From Polyangiaceae bacterium (GTDB taxonomy: Bacteria > Myxococcota_A > Polyangia > Polyangiales > Polyangiaceae): a stretch of 64,000 nucleotides of DNA. The DNA is taken from the NCBI GenBank assembly GCA_050287085.1, contig JBNKBE010000001.1:160001-224000 (forward strand), written 5' to 3'. A model generated the notes under the pieces. It did not search any database and was not told the origin of the DNA. It saw nothing but the letters and a program-made list of their open reading frames with translations. Of this stretch, positions 39,217-49,728 are shown piece by piece. The position numbers were made by a program, and so were the translations under genes. Within the stretch, counting starts at the first letter, position 1; each line of letters opens with the position of its first letter.

Positions 39217-39744
39217 TCAGCGCTCGACCGGAAACTTCGCCAGCTTGTACTGCAGCGTTCGACGATGGATGCCAAGGACTCTTGCTGCTTTTGAGATGTT
39301 GCCACCGCATTGCACGATGACTCGCTCAATGTGTTCACGCTCCAGTCGTGCCAAGCTGGGTGTCTCGAAGGCGAGCTTCGTTTCATCGGGCGCGCCGCCT
39401 CCCTCGAGAGCGTCCAGAATCTGGTCTGCGTGACACGGCTTGACCAAGTAGTGGACCGCGCCGAGGCGCATCGCCTCGACGGCCGTTGCGATACTGCCAT
39501 AGCCGGTGAGTACGACAACGCGAGGTGCCGTGGCGGTGGCGCACAAGGAGCGGACCAATTGCAAGCCGTCCGCGCCCGGCATTCGCAGATCGGTCACCAC
39601 GCCCCACGGCGCACTCTCGCTTGCCAACAGAAGAGCGGTGCTAGCGTCCTCAGCTCCATAGGCTTCAAATCCGCGGTCAACAAACGCCCGCACCAATCGG
39701 CTTCTGAAGCGCTCGTCATCGTCGACGACCAGCAATCGCTTCAT
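39217..39744 (-). CDS. regA: RegA/PrrA-type response regulator
   Basis: LLVVDDD, DLRM, LTGYGSIATAVEA, EHIERV...GNISKAARVLGIHRRTLQYKL. ATGA overlap with the kinase gene. Confidence 0.9.
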   Translation of the reverse strand: MKRLLVVDDDERFRSRLVRAFVDRGFEAYGAEDASTALLLASESAPWGVVTDLRMPGADGLQLVRSLCATATAPRVVVLTGYGSIATAVEAMRLGAVHYLVKPCHADQILDALEGGGAPDETKLAFETPSLARLEREHIERVIVQCGGNISKAARVLGIHRRTLQYKLAKFPVER

Positions 39745-41180
39745 GACGACTCCTCCTCCGACGTGCGCGCGAACGACAGCCCCCCCGAGGCCTGGATAGA
39801 CAGTGGACTCGACGAAGCGCAAGGCAACACCAACTTTGCCGTCAAGCCCCGCCCCGGGGTGCTCTCCAACTCCAGCCGTCCTCCGGCGCTGACAGCAAAT
39901 GAGTGTACGAGGAAAAGTCCGAGACCCATGCCGTCTCCGGGCGCTTTGGACGTAAAGAACGGCTCCCTAGCTCGTTTCATCGCTGTCGCTGACATCCCGG
40001 GACCGTCGTCTGCCACAGAAAGCATCACCACGTCCCGCGCCTGGAGAACGGAAAGCTGCACCCGACAGTCATCGCCGCCCGCCTGTTCGGCGTTGTTTAT
40101 GAGACGGGTCAAGGCTGTGCGCAACTGTTCACTTACCACCAGCACCCAAGCCGGCGCCTCGGGAGTTTGTAGGGTAATACTTGCGCGCCTCGCTGGCGCC
40201 CAATGAGCCACGAGCGAACTAGCCAGCGCACCCGCGTCAACAAGAACGGCAGCGCCGAGCTGCGCCTCAAATTCCGGTCCCATCCCGTCCAGGATCGCTT
40301 GACAACGCACCACCTGCTCTCGAATTAGCTCGAAGTCTTCGCGTGCGCTCGCTCGACCGGAGCTCTGACACTCGAGTTCGTGCAGCGCGAGCAAGATCGT
40401 CGAGAGCGGTGTGCGAAGCTCATGGGCCGCCCCTGCAGACAGCGTAACGAGGCTGGCCATATGCGCTGTGCGCAAGGTCTGTTCCCGAAGCGCGGCAATC
40501 TGCTCCCGCTGCTGCTGCAAGTGATGCGATATTTGATGCGTGAAGTACGCAACAGCGAAAGCCACCACCAGGAAGGCCACCCACATGCCACTGAGATGGG
40601 CGGAAAACGACTGGTGCCCCAGCGCGTGCCCAGCGTGATGGGCCGCCTGCGTACCTTCACTTCGCACCCCATATAGCAGAGCAAAGCCGCCCGCGCTGGC
40701 GGCGGTAACCCATGTCGTGCCCCTCGCTGGAAGCACCAAGGCGGACAGCACAATCTGTGCAATGTAGACAATACTGAAAGGATTCTCTATGCCACCCGCC
40801 GCCAGCAGCACCCCCGTCAAGAGCGCCGTGTCCAAGAGCAGCACCGCAAAGGCGAGCTGCTCTGCGGTCTCGAAAGTGCGCTTGGCGGAGGCTCGACCTT
40901 CTGTAGGCACGGGCGCCCCGGTCGCGACGAGTCGGCGTCGACTCCGCTCCAACCAGACGTTCGACAATGCCATCGCCAGCAGCAACGCCCCACTCGTGAG
41001 ATGGTCCACCGCAAGGCTCTGAGTCCGCTGCACGAACCAAAGCGCTCCTACTAACACGAAGAGCGCAAGCCAACGAAAGCGCACCAGCCAGGGGAGCGAA
41101 GCGGCCCCGGCCATGTCGGAGGCCAACAAGGACGTCTCCGTGTCAGGGTTCGGCGAAGGGATCGCGGAATCGAGGGTCAT
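39741..41180 (-). CDS. regB: RegB/PrrB-type sensor histidine kinase
   Basis: About 6 TM helices, GGIENPF, AAHELRTPL, VRCQAIL, DDGPG, EPFFTSK, GMGLGL. Confidence 0.9.
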   Translation of the reverse strand: MTLDSAIPSPNPDTETSLLASDMAGAASLPWLVRFRWLALFVLVGALWFVQRTQSLAVDHLTSGALLLAMALSNVWLERSRRRLVATGAPVPTEGRASAKRTFETAEQLAFAVLLLDTALLTGVLLAAGGIENPFSIVYIAQIVLSALVLPARGTTWVTAASAGGFALLYGVRSEGTQAAHHAGHALGHQSFSAHLSGMWVAFLVVAFAVAYFTHQISHHLQQQREQIAALREQTLRTAHMASLVTLSAGAAHELRTPLSTILLALHELECQSSGRASAREDFELIREQVVRCQAILDGMGPEFEAQLGAAVLVDAGALASSLVAHWAPARRASITLQTPEAPAWVLVVSEQLRTALTRLINNAEQAGGDDCRVQLSVLQARDVVMLSVADDGPGMSATAMKRAREPFFTSKAPGDGMGLGLFLVHSFAVSAGGRLELESTPGRGLTAKLVLPCASSSPLSIQASGGLSFARTSEEESS

Positions 41181-41478
41181 AGATAAACTGTCGGTCGGTC
41201 AAAGAGTACACTACCGCCCCCCGGTCAAGCTCAGCGCCCCCAGGAACAACGCTCGACAATCCCGGAACGACCAAGCTCGACAGGCACGCGCCCACCAAAA
41301 CACTATACAACTCATCGAATAAGCTCTCACCGACCCATTTGGGCAGCCGCGTAGACATGAACGCGCAAGACACCGCACCGGACGGCGGGGCCACCTAGCA
41401 GCCAACAGGCCCCGGTGTTATCAGGAACACGACAACGGCCCAATCGGGTGTTTTTTCGCACCTACGGTGCCCTTGGCC

Positions 41479-42741
41479 TCAACGTCGCTTGCGTATCAGC
41501 CGGTAGATATACGTTCTGTCTACTCCCGCGAGGCGCGCCGCGGTCGCAACCTTATTCCCGGCTCGCTCCAACAAGCGGCCCAAATAGAGCTCTTCACCAG
41601 CCTCATTCCAACGTTCGCGAAATTCGCGGAGAGGCAGGGTTGCAAGCGTTTCGTTCAGCAATGCGGGGCCCTCGAGCCGCTCGGGCAGAGAGGCCGACTG
41701 GGTCGAGTAGTGTTCACACGCGCGCTCCACGACGTGTTTGAGCTCACGTACGTTGCCCATCCACGGACGACCTGTAAGCTGATCGAGCGTGAGTCCATCA
41801 GGCCAAGGCCGGTCCGCAAGAAAGTGTTGAACCAATACCGGGATGTCCTCTGGACGTTGTCGCAACGCCGGAATGTAGACGGGCTGAGCTGCGATCTGGA
41901 AGTACAGATCCTCTCGAAACGCACTGACGTTGACCAGCGATATAAGATCCCGCTGGCTAGAAACGATCAGACGAAAATCGACCGGACGGGTCTCAGACTC
42001 CCCCAATCGCAAGACCCGTCTTGAGAGTAGGACGTGAAGCAACCGAGGCTGAATACTGAGCGGCAGTTCGCCAATTTCCTTCAGAAAAACCGTGCCCCCT
42101 GCGGCCGCCTCAAAACAACCGGGCTGTCCAGATTTTTGGCAGGCGCTGGTCGCGCCAAACAAGGCGATCTCGAGGTCACGCCCCAACATGGCAGCGCAAT
42201 CGACGGCCACGAAGTGGTGGGCTGCCCGACGCGAGGAAGCGTGAATCGCACGCGCCGCAAGCTCCTTACCGGTGCCGCTTTCGCCCTGAAGTAGCACGGA
42301 AACGTCCCGGTACGCGCAATACTCCAACTCGCTGAACGTCCGCCGAATCGACTCGCTAACGCCCACCAGACGATCGTATTGACCCAGCTCCCGGGGCGCA
42401 GCCGCCTCCTCACTTCGGTACACGATACGCGCCCGCGCGTTGCCGAAGTGCAACGTCGCGCCGTCCGGAACGCGAGCCTCTCGAATGTGGACGCCGTTTA
42501 TCGTCGTGCCGTTGCGACTGCCGAGATCTCTCACCCAAACGCCGTCGTCATGCAAGCGGAGCTCCGCGTGCAGACGGGAAACCGTGCCATGCAGCACCGG
42601 CAGCTCATTTTCCGGGGCCGAACCCAGGCGCTGAACGCCGCGCAGCACCAGAGCGTCGGGGGGCTCACGGTCGAGCAAAATCAAGGTAGCCCCCACCGTG
42701 GCTCTGCGACGCGACGGCAGCGACTCGGTTTGCTCGGTCAT
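41479..42741 (-). CDS. FHA domain / sigma54-interaction AAA+ / Fis-HTH regulator with degenerate motifs
   Basis: FHA VSRLHA...DLGSRNGT, Walker A GESGTGKE, FREDLYF, WMGNVREL, HTH AARLAGVDRTYIYRL. GAFTGA absent. Confidence 0.88.
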   Translation of the reverse strand: MTEQTESLPSRRRATVGATLILLDREPPDALVLRGVQRLGSAPENELPVLHGTVSRLHAELRLHDDGVWVRDLGSRNGTTINGVHIREARVPDGATLHFGNARARIVYRSEEAAAPRELGQYDRLVGVSESIRRTFSELEYCAYRDVSVLLQGESGTGKELAARAIHASSRRAAHHFVAVDCAAMLGRDLEIALFGATSACQKSGQPGCFEAAAGGTVFLKEIGELPLSIQPRLLHVLLSRRVLRLGESETRPVDFRLIVSSQRDLISLVNVSAFREDLYFQIAAQPVYIPALRQRPEDIPVLVQHFLADRPWPDGLTLDQLTGRPWMGNVRELKHVVERACEHYSTQSASLPERLEGPALLNETLATLPLREFRERWNEAGEELYLGRLLERAGNKVATAARLAGVDRTYIYRLIRKRR

Positions 42742-43028
42742 GGCGGTCAGCATGCCGCTTTGATGCCGACCAGGCAAACCAGAGCGAGCCGGAGTGCACG
42801 ACCAAAAACGCGTCCCGAACGGGTACGCGGCCAGGCTCGATAGCGAGATGGGCTCAGCCCGGATCTTCTGTTCCAGGTCGAAGCGGCGAATGTAGCATTG
42901 CGGCAAGAAGTCGGCCCATCAGTAAACGCGACGGACGTCGGACGGCCTGATGACAAATACGGGAAGAGTCACCCCGGCCCGCGAGTTGGCCTCGACGTAG
43001 ACGCCCGGAACAGTAGACTGCGAAGACG

Positions 43029-46000
43029 ATGGCTCGGGCGGGTGAAACAACAGCGCCACCACAAGGGGGCGTGGCGCTTCCCGAGGTAGATGAGGTCACG
43101 ACGGCGGTCGGCGTAGCGCCGGACGCCCCGTCGCGCGCTCGAGATGCCGACAAGCCACTGCGCCTCCGAGTAGGAAGCCTGATCGCGGAACGCTACGACG
43201 TGCGCGGCGTATTGGGCGAAGGCGGTATGGGGCTCGTCTACAAGTGCCAGGACCGCAACACCGGAGAATTGGTAGCGGTCAAACGAGTCATGCCGACAGC
43301 CGGCAAGGGCACAGCAGACTACATCACGTGGTTCTACAAGGAAGCCCGCGCACTCGCATCGCTGGACCACCTCAACATCGTACACGCCCGCGACTTCGGT
43401 GTGTTGTCAGACGGGTCGCCCTTTCTCACGATGGAGCTCGTAGGAGGGCTCTCGCTCCACGACTACAGCAACGCTCGACTCAGCTTTCCCATCATCTGGT
43501 CCATTGTCGACCAGGTGTTGGGCGCCTTGGCTCACGCCCACTCGCGTCGCGTCATTCACGGCGATCTGAAACCCTCCAACATCATAGTGGAAGCAGGCAG
43601 TGCCGGCCCTCCTCGGATTCACATTCTGGATTTCGGTCTGGCGTGGCTCAAGGAAGATCCCCACGATGAGCGGCTTGACGGGGAAAAGGCGATGGAGTTT
43701 GAACCCCATGCCGGTGCTGGTACCCCGGGCTACATGGCGCCCGAGCAGATCATGCACGAGATGCACCACATCACGGGTGCCACGGACCTCTATTCACTCG
43801 CCTGTATTCTCTATCGCTTGTTGTCCGGCGTAGCGCCTTTCTCTGGAACCCCCAAAGAACTGCTCAAGCTGCACGCCTACGAGACGCCCCCGCCTTTGAG
43901 GCTAGCCACGAAGGCGCCAGAAGGTGTCGCCGAATTCGTGATGCGCTGCCTGCACAAGCGACCTTGGGGGCGATTCGAATTCGCCGCCGAAGCGCGCCGC
44001 GCGTGGGCGGTATTTGCGCCCAGCCCCAGCACCGACATTCGCCTGTGGCGCTTTCCGCGCATCGCCAGCCATCCTGCCACTGAGCCCAGCGCCGAAAACG
44101 CAACCCATCCCCCCGACGACCCCACCGTCAGCGAACGGCCTCCTGAACGCAATCGAGGGTTGCTTGGAATTCGACCAAGTCCCATGGTCGGCCGCGAAGA
44201 AATCCGGCGACAACTCAGTGCGACCTGTGCCCAGGTAGCCCGAGGAGAAGGGCCTCGGCATCGATTGATCATGCTGCTCGGCCCCGCGGGTATCGGCAAG
44301 AGCCGCGTCGCCGAATGGCTGACGGAAAACGTACATGAACGCGGCGAACTAGTGCCGCTGACAGCGCGCTATCGCAAGGTGCGCAGCCACTCCAACGGCA
44401 TGCTCGGAGCCGTCACCCAATACCTGAACTTCGAACGCGCCGACCGCGCCACCATCGAGCGGTCTCTGATGGCCCGCTGGAACGTCAAGAGCAGCGATCA
44501 GGCGGGTCGTACTTGGGTCGCGGGTGCGGCCGAATGGCTCCGGCCCAACGCGCCAGGGAGCGAAGCAATCGGGCCAAGTGGAGTGCGTTTCACCCTCGAT
44601 ACACTCGAAATCCGACGCGAGGTCGTGCGCTACACGCTACGACGCCTGGCGGGCGGGCGCCCGATTCTGATGCTCTTGGACGACGTCCACAATGCGTCCC
44701 AGCACACGATCGAGGGACTCATCCAGATGCATCGAAGCGACGCGGATCAACCCCTTGTCCTCGTCGCGACGGTTCGTTCGGAAGACGTACAACTTGGCAC
44801 GACGATCGCCGAACGCCTGCGAGCCTTGCGCGAAGCATTCGATGGCGAGGTGATCGAAGTGCCGCCGATGGACAAGGACACGACCACAGCACTGATTCAG
44901 GCGTCGCTTCCCCTGGATCAAGCCGCTGTATTGGAAGCGGCACGACGCAGCCGCGGCTACCCGCTTTTTGCGCTCCAGCAGCTGCACGCCTGGGCCCATT
45001 CCGGCAGCGTGGAGTACGCCGATGGCACCTTTCACGTGCCAAAAGAGCTGCTCGCACTTCGCCCCAAGACAACCTCTGAACTTTGGGACACGCGCCTGAG
45101 CGCCATTCCGCCCACCTATCGCGATGCCGCATTTGCAGTCGCGACGCTGGGCTTAGATGTTCGGCGGCCCGTACTCAGGGCGGTCCTCGTCGAGCTCGGA
45201 TTGCCTGTAGAAGAGAGCATCCAAGCCCTCCAGCGAGCTGAAGTAATCCTGCCACGTGGCTCGGGGCGCTACAACTGGCCGCACGCACTGCTGCAAGAGC
45301 ACCTCTTTCGTAGTCTGAGCAAGCGCGAAGACTCGCGCCGTTTGTTTCACGCCGCCGCCGTTGCTCTGGAGAGTCACCCGCTCAGTCATACCCGACGCGT
45401 AGTGCGGCAGAGGGCCGTAAACCTGCTCTACGCGGGCGAAGCAGGCGCCGCGGCACGAGCCTTTTTCGCATTCCTGGAGCAATCCTGGAACGGGGCGCGC
45501 CAGCCGCTTGCTACGCTGGCGGATCTTGACTTGTTCAAGGGCCAGCTAGATGGAGCTGAACACGCCATAGCCTTGCGTTGGCGCGCCGAGACGCTGCGCC
45601 ACGTGGGTCGAACCGAAGAAGCCAAGGTTCATGCGGAAAAGGCGCTCGCCCTGCTCCGAAAGAACGACGAACCCGAGGAGCTGGCGCATTGCCAGCGCCT
45701 GCTGGGACAGCTGCTTGGGGAGCTCGGACGCTCCCAGGAAGGCCTCGATCTCGTAACCGAAGCACTCCAGAGCCTGAGTGTACGAGGCAAACCGCTGGCT
45801 CAAGCACAGTGTGAACTCGCGATCGGACGCATACTGATGATCAGCGGGCGCCACGGCGCAGCGCGGCAGTTCGCTGAAGCGGGTGAGGCTCACTTCTCCC
45901 AGCTTGACGAGCCACTCGGCCGCGGCCAGTGCCTGCTGCTACTGTCCAACGTCGACCACACGCAGGGAGCCACGGAGCGCGCACGCCGCTACACCACGGA

Positions 46001-46634
46001 AGCTCGCACTGAGTTCGAACGCTGCGGCTACCGCCTTGGGCAAGCACAGACCACCGCATCACTCGCTCATCTAGAGCACCGCCTGTCCAATTTCTACAGC
46101 GCCCAAATGGGGGCACAGGAAGCGCTGGCTATCTTCGAGTCTCTGCACACGGTGCGAGGCCAAGCCGCCTGTGAACGGCTGCTCGCCATGCTTGGACTGG
46201 ACACGGATGACCTCGACGCGGGCTATGTTCACGCAGACCGCGCAGAACGCCTCTACGCGCAGCTGCAATATCCTTGGGGCATCGTCGAGTCGCGATTGTT
46301 GCGGGCCCAGCTCGCGCTTGCCGCCCGAGACTTTGCGGGAGCCAAGACTGCCCTGATGCAGGCGCGTGACGTCCCCGTATCCGAGCCCGAACCTCGGCAG
46401 CACTATCTGCTAACGCGGGCGTGGTTTCAGCTCCTTAGCGGTGAGAACCGCGCCGCGTATGAGGCGCTGAAGGCCGCCCCCACGGTCTACGATCTCACGT
46501 GGCAAGTCGGCGACCACACCCCCCACCTATTAGCTCGCCTCAGTCGTCTAGATTGGGGTGAACTCCGCGCCCTCGATGACATCGAAGAGTGGCGAGGACT
46601 AATTCACGATCACTCGCGTCGCGACCAAACATGA
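43029..46634 (+). CDS. Ser/Thr kinase fused to AAA-type ATPase and TPR repeats
   Basis: GEGGMG, HGDLKPSN, DFG, GTPGYMAPE, Walker A GPAGIGKS, LLDDVH, C-terminal TPR-like helices. Confidence 0.93.
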   Translation: MARAGETTAPPQGGVALPEVDEVTTAVGVAPDAPSRARDADKPLRLRVGSLIAERYDVRGVLGEGGMGLVYKCQDRNTGELVAVKRVMPTAGKGTADYITWFYKEARALASLDHLNIVHARDFGVLSDGSPFLTMELVGGLSLHDYSNARLSFPIIWSIVDQVLGALAHAHSRRVIHGDLKPSNIIVEAGSAGPPRIHILDFGLAWLKEDPHDERLDGEKAMEFEPHAGAGTPGYMAPEQIMHEMHHITGATDLYSLACILYRLLSGVAPFSGTPKELLKLHAYETPPPLRLATKAPEGVAEFVMRCLHKRPWGRFEFAAEARRAWAVFAPSPSTDIRLWRFPRIASHPATEPSAENATHPPDDPTVSERPPERNRGLLGIRPSPMVGREEIRRQLSATCAQVARGEGPRHRLIMLLGPAGIGKSRVAEWLTENVHERGELVPLTARYRKVRSHSNGMLGAVTQYLNFERADRATIERSLMARWNVKSSDQAGRTWVAGAAEWLRPNAPGSEAIGPSGVRFTLDTLEIRREVVRYTLRRLAGGRPILMLLDDVHNASQHTIEGLIQMHRSDADQPLVLVATVRSEDVQLGTTIAERLRALREAFDGEVIEVPPMDKDTTTALIQASLPLDQAAVLEAARRSRGYPLFALQQLHAWAHSGSVEYADGTFHVPKELLALRPKTTSELWDTRLSAIPPTYRDAAFAVATLGLDVRRPVLRAVLVELGLPVEESIQALQRAEVILPRGSGRYNWPHALLQEHLFRSLSKREDSRRLFHAAAVALESHPLSHTRRVVRQRAVNLLYAGEAGAAARAFFAFLEQSWNGARQPLATLADLDLFKGQLDGAEHAIALRWRAETLRHVGRTEEAKVHAEKALALLRKNDEPEELAHCQRLLGQLLGELGRSQEGLDLVTEALQSLSVRGKPLAQAQCELAIGRILMISGRHGAARQFAEAGEAHFSQLDEPLGRGQCLLLLSNVDHTQGATERARRYTTEARTEFERCGYRLGQAQTTASLAHLEHRLSNFYSAQMGAQEALAIFESLHTVRGQAACERLLAMLGLDTDDLDAGYVHADRAERLYAQLQYPWGIVESRLLRAQLALAARDFAGAKTALMQARDVPVSEPEPRQHYLLTRAWFQLLSGENRAAYEALKAAPTVYDLTWQVGDHTPHLLARLSRLDWGELRALDDIEEWRGLIHDHSRRDQT

Positions 46635-46712
46635 ACTCGCGCCACGCCAGCCTGAGCTGCGCCCTACCAACCGACGCGCGCCGCTCACCTTCCCCATGTT
46701 GATGAGAGCCCC

Positions 46713-47990
46713 ATGAACGACAAGTCGCAGACCGCCATAACGCGCGCCGAACAACTCATGCCCGGCGGCGTGAACAGTCCAGTGCGAGCCTTTCGCGCCG
46801 TTGGAGGACATCCTCCGTTCATTGCACGCGCCCAAGGGGCAAGAATATACGACATCGACGGCCACGAGTACGTCGATTTCGTCGGTAGCTGGGGACCAGC
46901 CATTGTTGGGCACGCCAACCCTGCGGTGGTGAAGGCGGTTCAGGAGGCGGCGGCGCGCGGCCTGTCTTTCGGCGCCCCCACGGAGTTGGAAGTTACGTTT
47001 GCAGAGCGCCTGGCGCAGCTGTACCCGAGCATCGAAATGCTGCGCTGCGTCTCGAGCGGCACCGAGGCAACCATGAGCGCGCTCAGGGTCGCCCGTGGAG
47101 CAACCGGACGAGACTGCATCGTCAAGTTCAGCGGCGGATACCACGGGCACTCGGATGGCCTCTTGGTCAAGGCGGGCAGCGGAGCGGCCACCTTCGGCGC
47201 GCCCGACTCCGCAGGGGTACCGCGGGGTATGGCCGAGACAACCTTGGTCGCGGAATACAACGACTTGCCAGCGATGCAGCAGCTATTCGCGCAGCGCGGC
47301 GACGAAATCGCGGCGGTGATCGTTGAACCTGTCGCAGGTAATATGGGGTGCGTTCCGCCGAAGCCCGAGTTCCTGCCCGGCCTCATCGAGGTGTGCGAGC
47401 GACACGGTGCACTGTGCATCTTCGACGAAGTCATGACAGGGTGCCGTCTCGCCGCTGGAGGTGCACAGCAGCGCTTCGGGCTGCGACCACACCTGACGTG
47501 CCTCGGGAAGGTCGTGGGCGGCGGCATGCCGCTCGCGGTCTACGGCGGAAAGCGCGAAGTCATGCAACAGATTTCTCCGGTTGGCCCGGTGTATCAGGCC
47601 GGCACGCTATCGGGCAACCCGCTCGCCGTGAGCGCGGGCATGGCAACGTTAGAGCAACTGACCCCCGCCCTCTACGAACACTTGGAACGGTTGGGAGAGC
47701 AATTGGAAAGCGGACTGCGCAAACTGAGCACCCAATACGACTTCCCGCTTTGTGTGCAGCGCGTGGGTTCCATGATCACGCTCTTCTTCCACCCAGGCCC
47801 CGTGAACAACTGGCCCGATGCAAGCCAGGCGGACACCCAGCGCTTCGGTCGCTTCCATGCGGCGCTACTAGCTGAAGGGGTGTATTGGCCCCCAGCGCAG
47901 TTTGAAGCCGCCTTCATTTCGGGGGCCCACAGCGAAGACGACATGGACGTGACGCTGCAGGCGATGGCGAATGCCCTCGCGCGATGCTGA
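46713..47990 (+). CDS. hemL: Glutamate-1-semialdehyde 2,1-aminomutase
   Basis: PGGVNSPVRAF, SSGTEATMSA, FDEVMTG, GKVVGGGMP, YQAGTLSGNP. Confidence 0.97.
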   Translation: MNDKSQTAITRAEQLMPGGVNSPVRAFRAVGGHPPFIARAQGARIYDIDGHEYVDFVGSWGPAIVGHANPAVVKAVQEAAARGLSFGAPTELEVTFAERLAQLYPSIEMLRCVSSGTEATMSALRVARGATGRDCIVKFSGGYHGHSDGLLVKAGSGAATFGAPDSAGVPRGMAETTLVAEYNDLPAMQQLFAQRGDEIAAVIVEPVAGNMGCVPPKPEFLPGLIEVCERHGALCIFDEVMTGCRLAAGGAQQRFGLRPHLTCLGKVVGGGMPLAVYGGKREVMQQISPVGPVYQAGTLSGNPLAVSAGMATLEQLTPALYEHLERLGEQLESGLRKLSTQYDFPLCVQRVGSMITLFFHPGPVNNWPDASQADTQRFGRFHAALLAEGVYWPPAQFEAAFISGAHSEDDMDVTLQAMANALARC

Positions 47991-48129
47991 GCCCTTGCCG
48001 CCGCCTTGGCGCCCCACTGCCAGCCATCCTCGCATAAGGCACCAAGGCGCCGGCCCAATCCAGCGACAGGAGTTGGGACCAAGGCGGAAGCTGTCGTCCC
48101 TCCCTCCCCAACACCGCTGGCGATAGCCC

Positions 48130-49536
48130 CTAGCTTGCGTAGCGCCGGCGAAGCATCTCGACGATGGCGCGGAGCGCAAAGACCTCTCCGCCTGCGGGGC
48201 GTCCGGGTTGACTCTCTAGATTGTACGCCATCGTATCGATGTGCAGCCAAGGGGTTCGAGGCGAAACGAACTCTTGAAGGAAGAGCGCAGCGGTGATCGC
48301 CCCGCCATAGCCATCACCCCCAATGTTGGACAGGTCCGCAACCTTGCTGTCGAGCATGCGACGGTAGGGGCGATGCAGAGGGAGTCGCCACAACGGATCG
48401 CTGACGGCTTCTCCAGCCGCCAGCAACGCCTCGGCAAATTCGTCATCCGATGCAAAAAGCGCTGGCAGTGACGCGCCGAGCGCCACTCGGGCTGCCCCCG
48501 TCAGTGTAGCGATATCGATCAAGAGCGCTGGCGTCTCGGCGTCCGCTTCGACCAGGGCGTCACTCAGGACCAGGCGTCCCTCCGCATCCGTGTCGCCGAC
48601 CTCAATCGTCAATCCCTTGCGACTGGTCAAGACGTCCAGGGGTCGAATCGCATTGCCTGATACGCTGTTTTCCACAGCTGGGATCAGCAATCGCAGTCGG
48701 ACCGGAAGGCGAAGCTCCATCACTGCTTGGGCCGTAGCCAGGGCGGTAGCAGCCCCCCCCATGTCCTTCTTCATGAGCTTCATAGAGCGGCCCGGCTTGA
48801 GATCTAACCCACCTGTGTCGAAGCACACGCCTTTGCCGACGAGTGTCACCTTGGGATGCCTCGGATCCCCCCAACACGCATCCACCAGACGAGGCTCATG
48901 CTGCGACGCTCTTCCCACCGCGAAAATGACGGGGAAGTTCTGTTCGAGCAAGTCTCTTCCGACGATCTCGCGGCAGCGCCCGCCCTGAGCCTCAAACACC
49001 CTCTGCGCTTCAGCAGCAAGCGCAGGCGGACTCATGTCTTCGGCCGGGGTCGTGATCAGGTCCCGACCGAGCGCGATTGCCTTGGCGAGGACACGCTGCG
49101 TCGCCAAGTCCGCATTGGGTGGTGCAACCAGCACGGAGAATCGCTGGTTGCGCTTCTTGTATCGGGTGAATTGGTAGGTGCCGAGCAGCCAACCCAGCAC
49201 CAGCGCATCCGCTTGATCGTCGGCGAGTGCGCCCGCGACTTCGTAGCGACCGCTAGGCAGCGCCTTCGGCAGCTGTGCGGCACCCCAGGGGGAATCGAGC
49301 TCAACGCCCGCGAACACTTCGTTGAGTGCTCCGCCCTTGCCAGCGACCAGCGCGACCTGACCCGGTTTGGCTTCGAAGCCGATGGCGAGCAGCCAGGTTT
49401 GGGTCGCCTTCGGTAGCGACTTAATGGCCTGCTTGTATGCAGCCTTGGTGACCAAGTGCAGTTTGATGGCCTGCGTGCCGCTTGCGTTTGACGCCCGCGT
49501 TCGCTGGCTTGATGCTCCAACGACGTATTTCAACAC
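48130..49536 (-). CDS. Leucyl aminopeptidase (M17 family)
   Basis: VGKGVCFDTGGLDLK, MKKDMGG, DTDAEGRL, ATLTGA. RBS AAGGAG upstream. Confidence 0.95.
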   Translation of the reverse strand: MLKYVVGASSQRTRASNASGTQAIKLHLVTKAAYKQAIKSLPKATQTWLLAIGFEAKPGQVALVAGKGGALNEVFAGVELDSPWGAAQLPKALPSGRYEVAGALADDQADALVLGWLLGTYQFTRYKKRNQRFSVLVAPPNADLATQRVLAKAIALGRDLITTPAEDMSPPALAAEAQRVFEAQGGRCREIVGRDLLEQNFPVIFAVGRASQHEPRLVDACWGDPRHPKVTLVGKGVCFDTGGLDLKPGRSMKLMKKDMGGAATALATAQAVMELRLPVRLRLLIPAVENSVSGNAIRPLDVLTSRKGLTIEVGDTDAEGRLVLSDALVEADAETPALLIDIATLTGAARVALGASLPALFASDDEFAEALLAAGEAVSDPLWRLPLHRPYRRMLDSKVADLSNIGGDGYGGAITAALFLQEFVSPRTPWLHIDTMAYNLESQPGRPAGGEVFALRAIVEMLRRRYAS

Positions 49537-49728
49537 CTAATACTCTCCTTGCCCGGCAGACTACTCGAGTCTTCGCAGCTTGGCGTGCAAAACCGTGCCC
49601 CGTACCGCTTCAGGATGGGAGCCTCCGGGGCGCTATAGCACAGTCGACAGCGCGGCAACGAGCCACACGGCAACTGAGACCTGCGAAGCTTGCATGACGC
49701 CTTCCAGATATCTGCGATAAGCGGAGCA

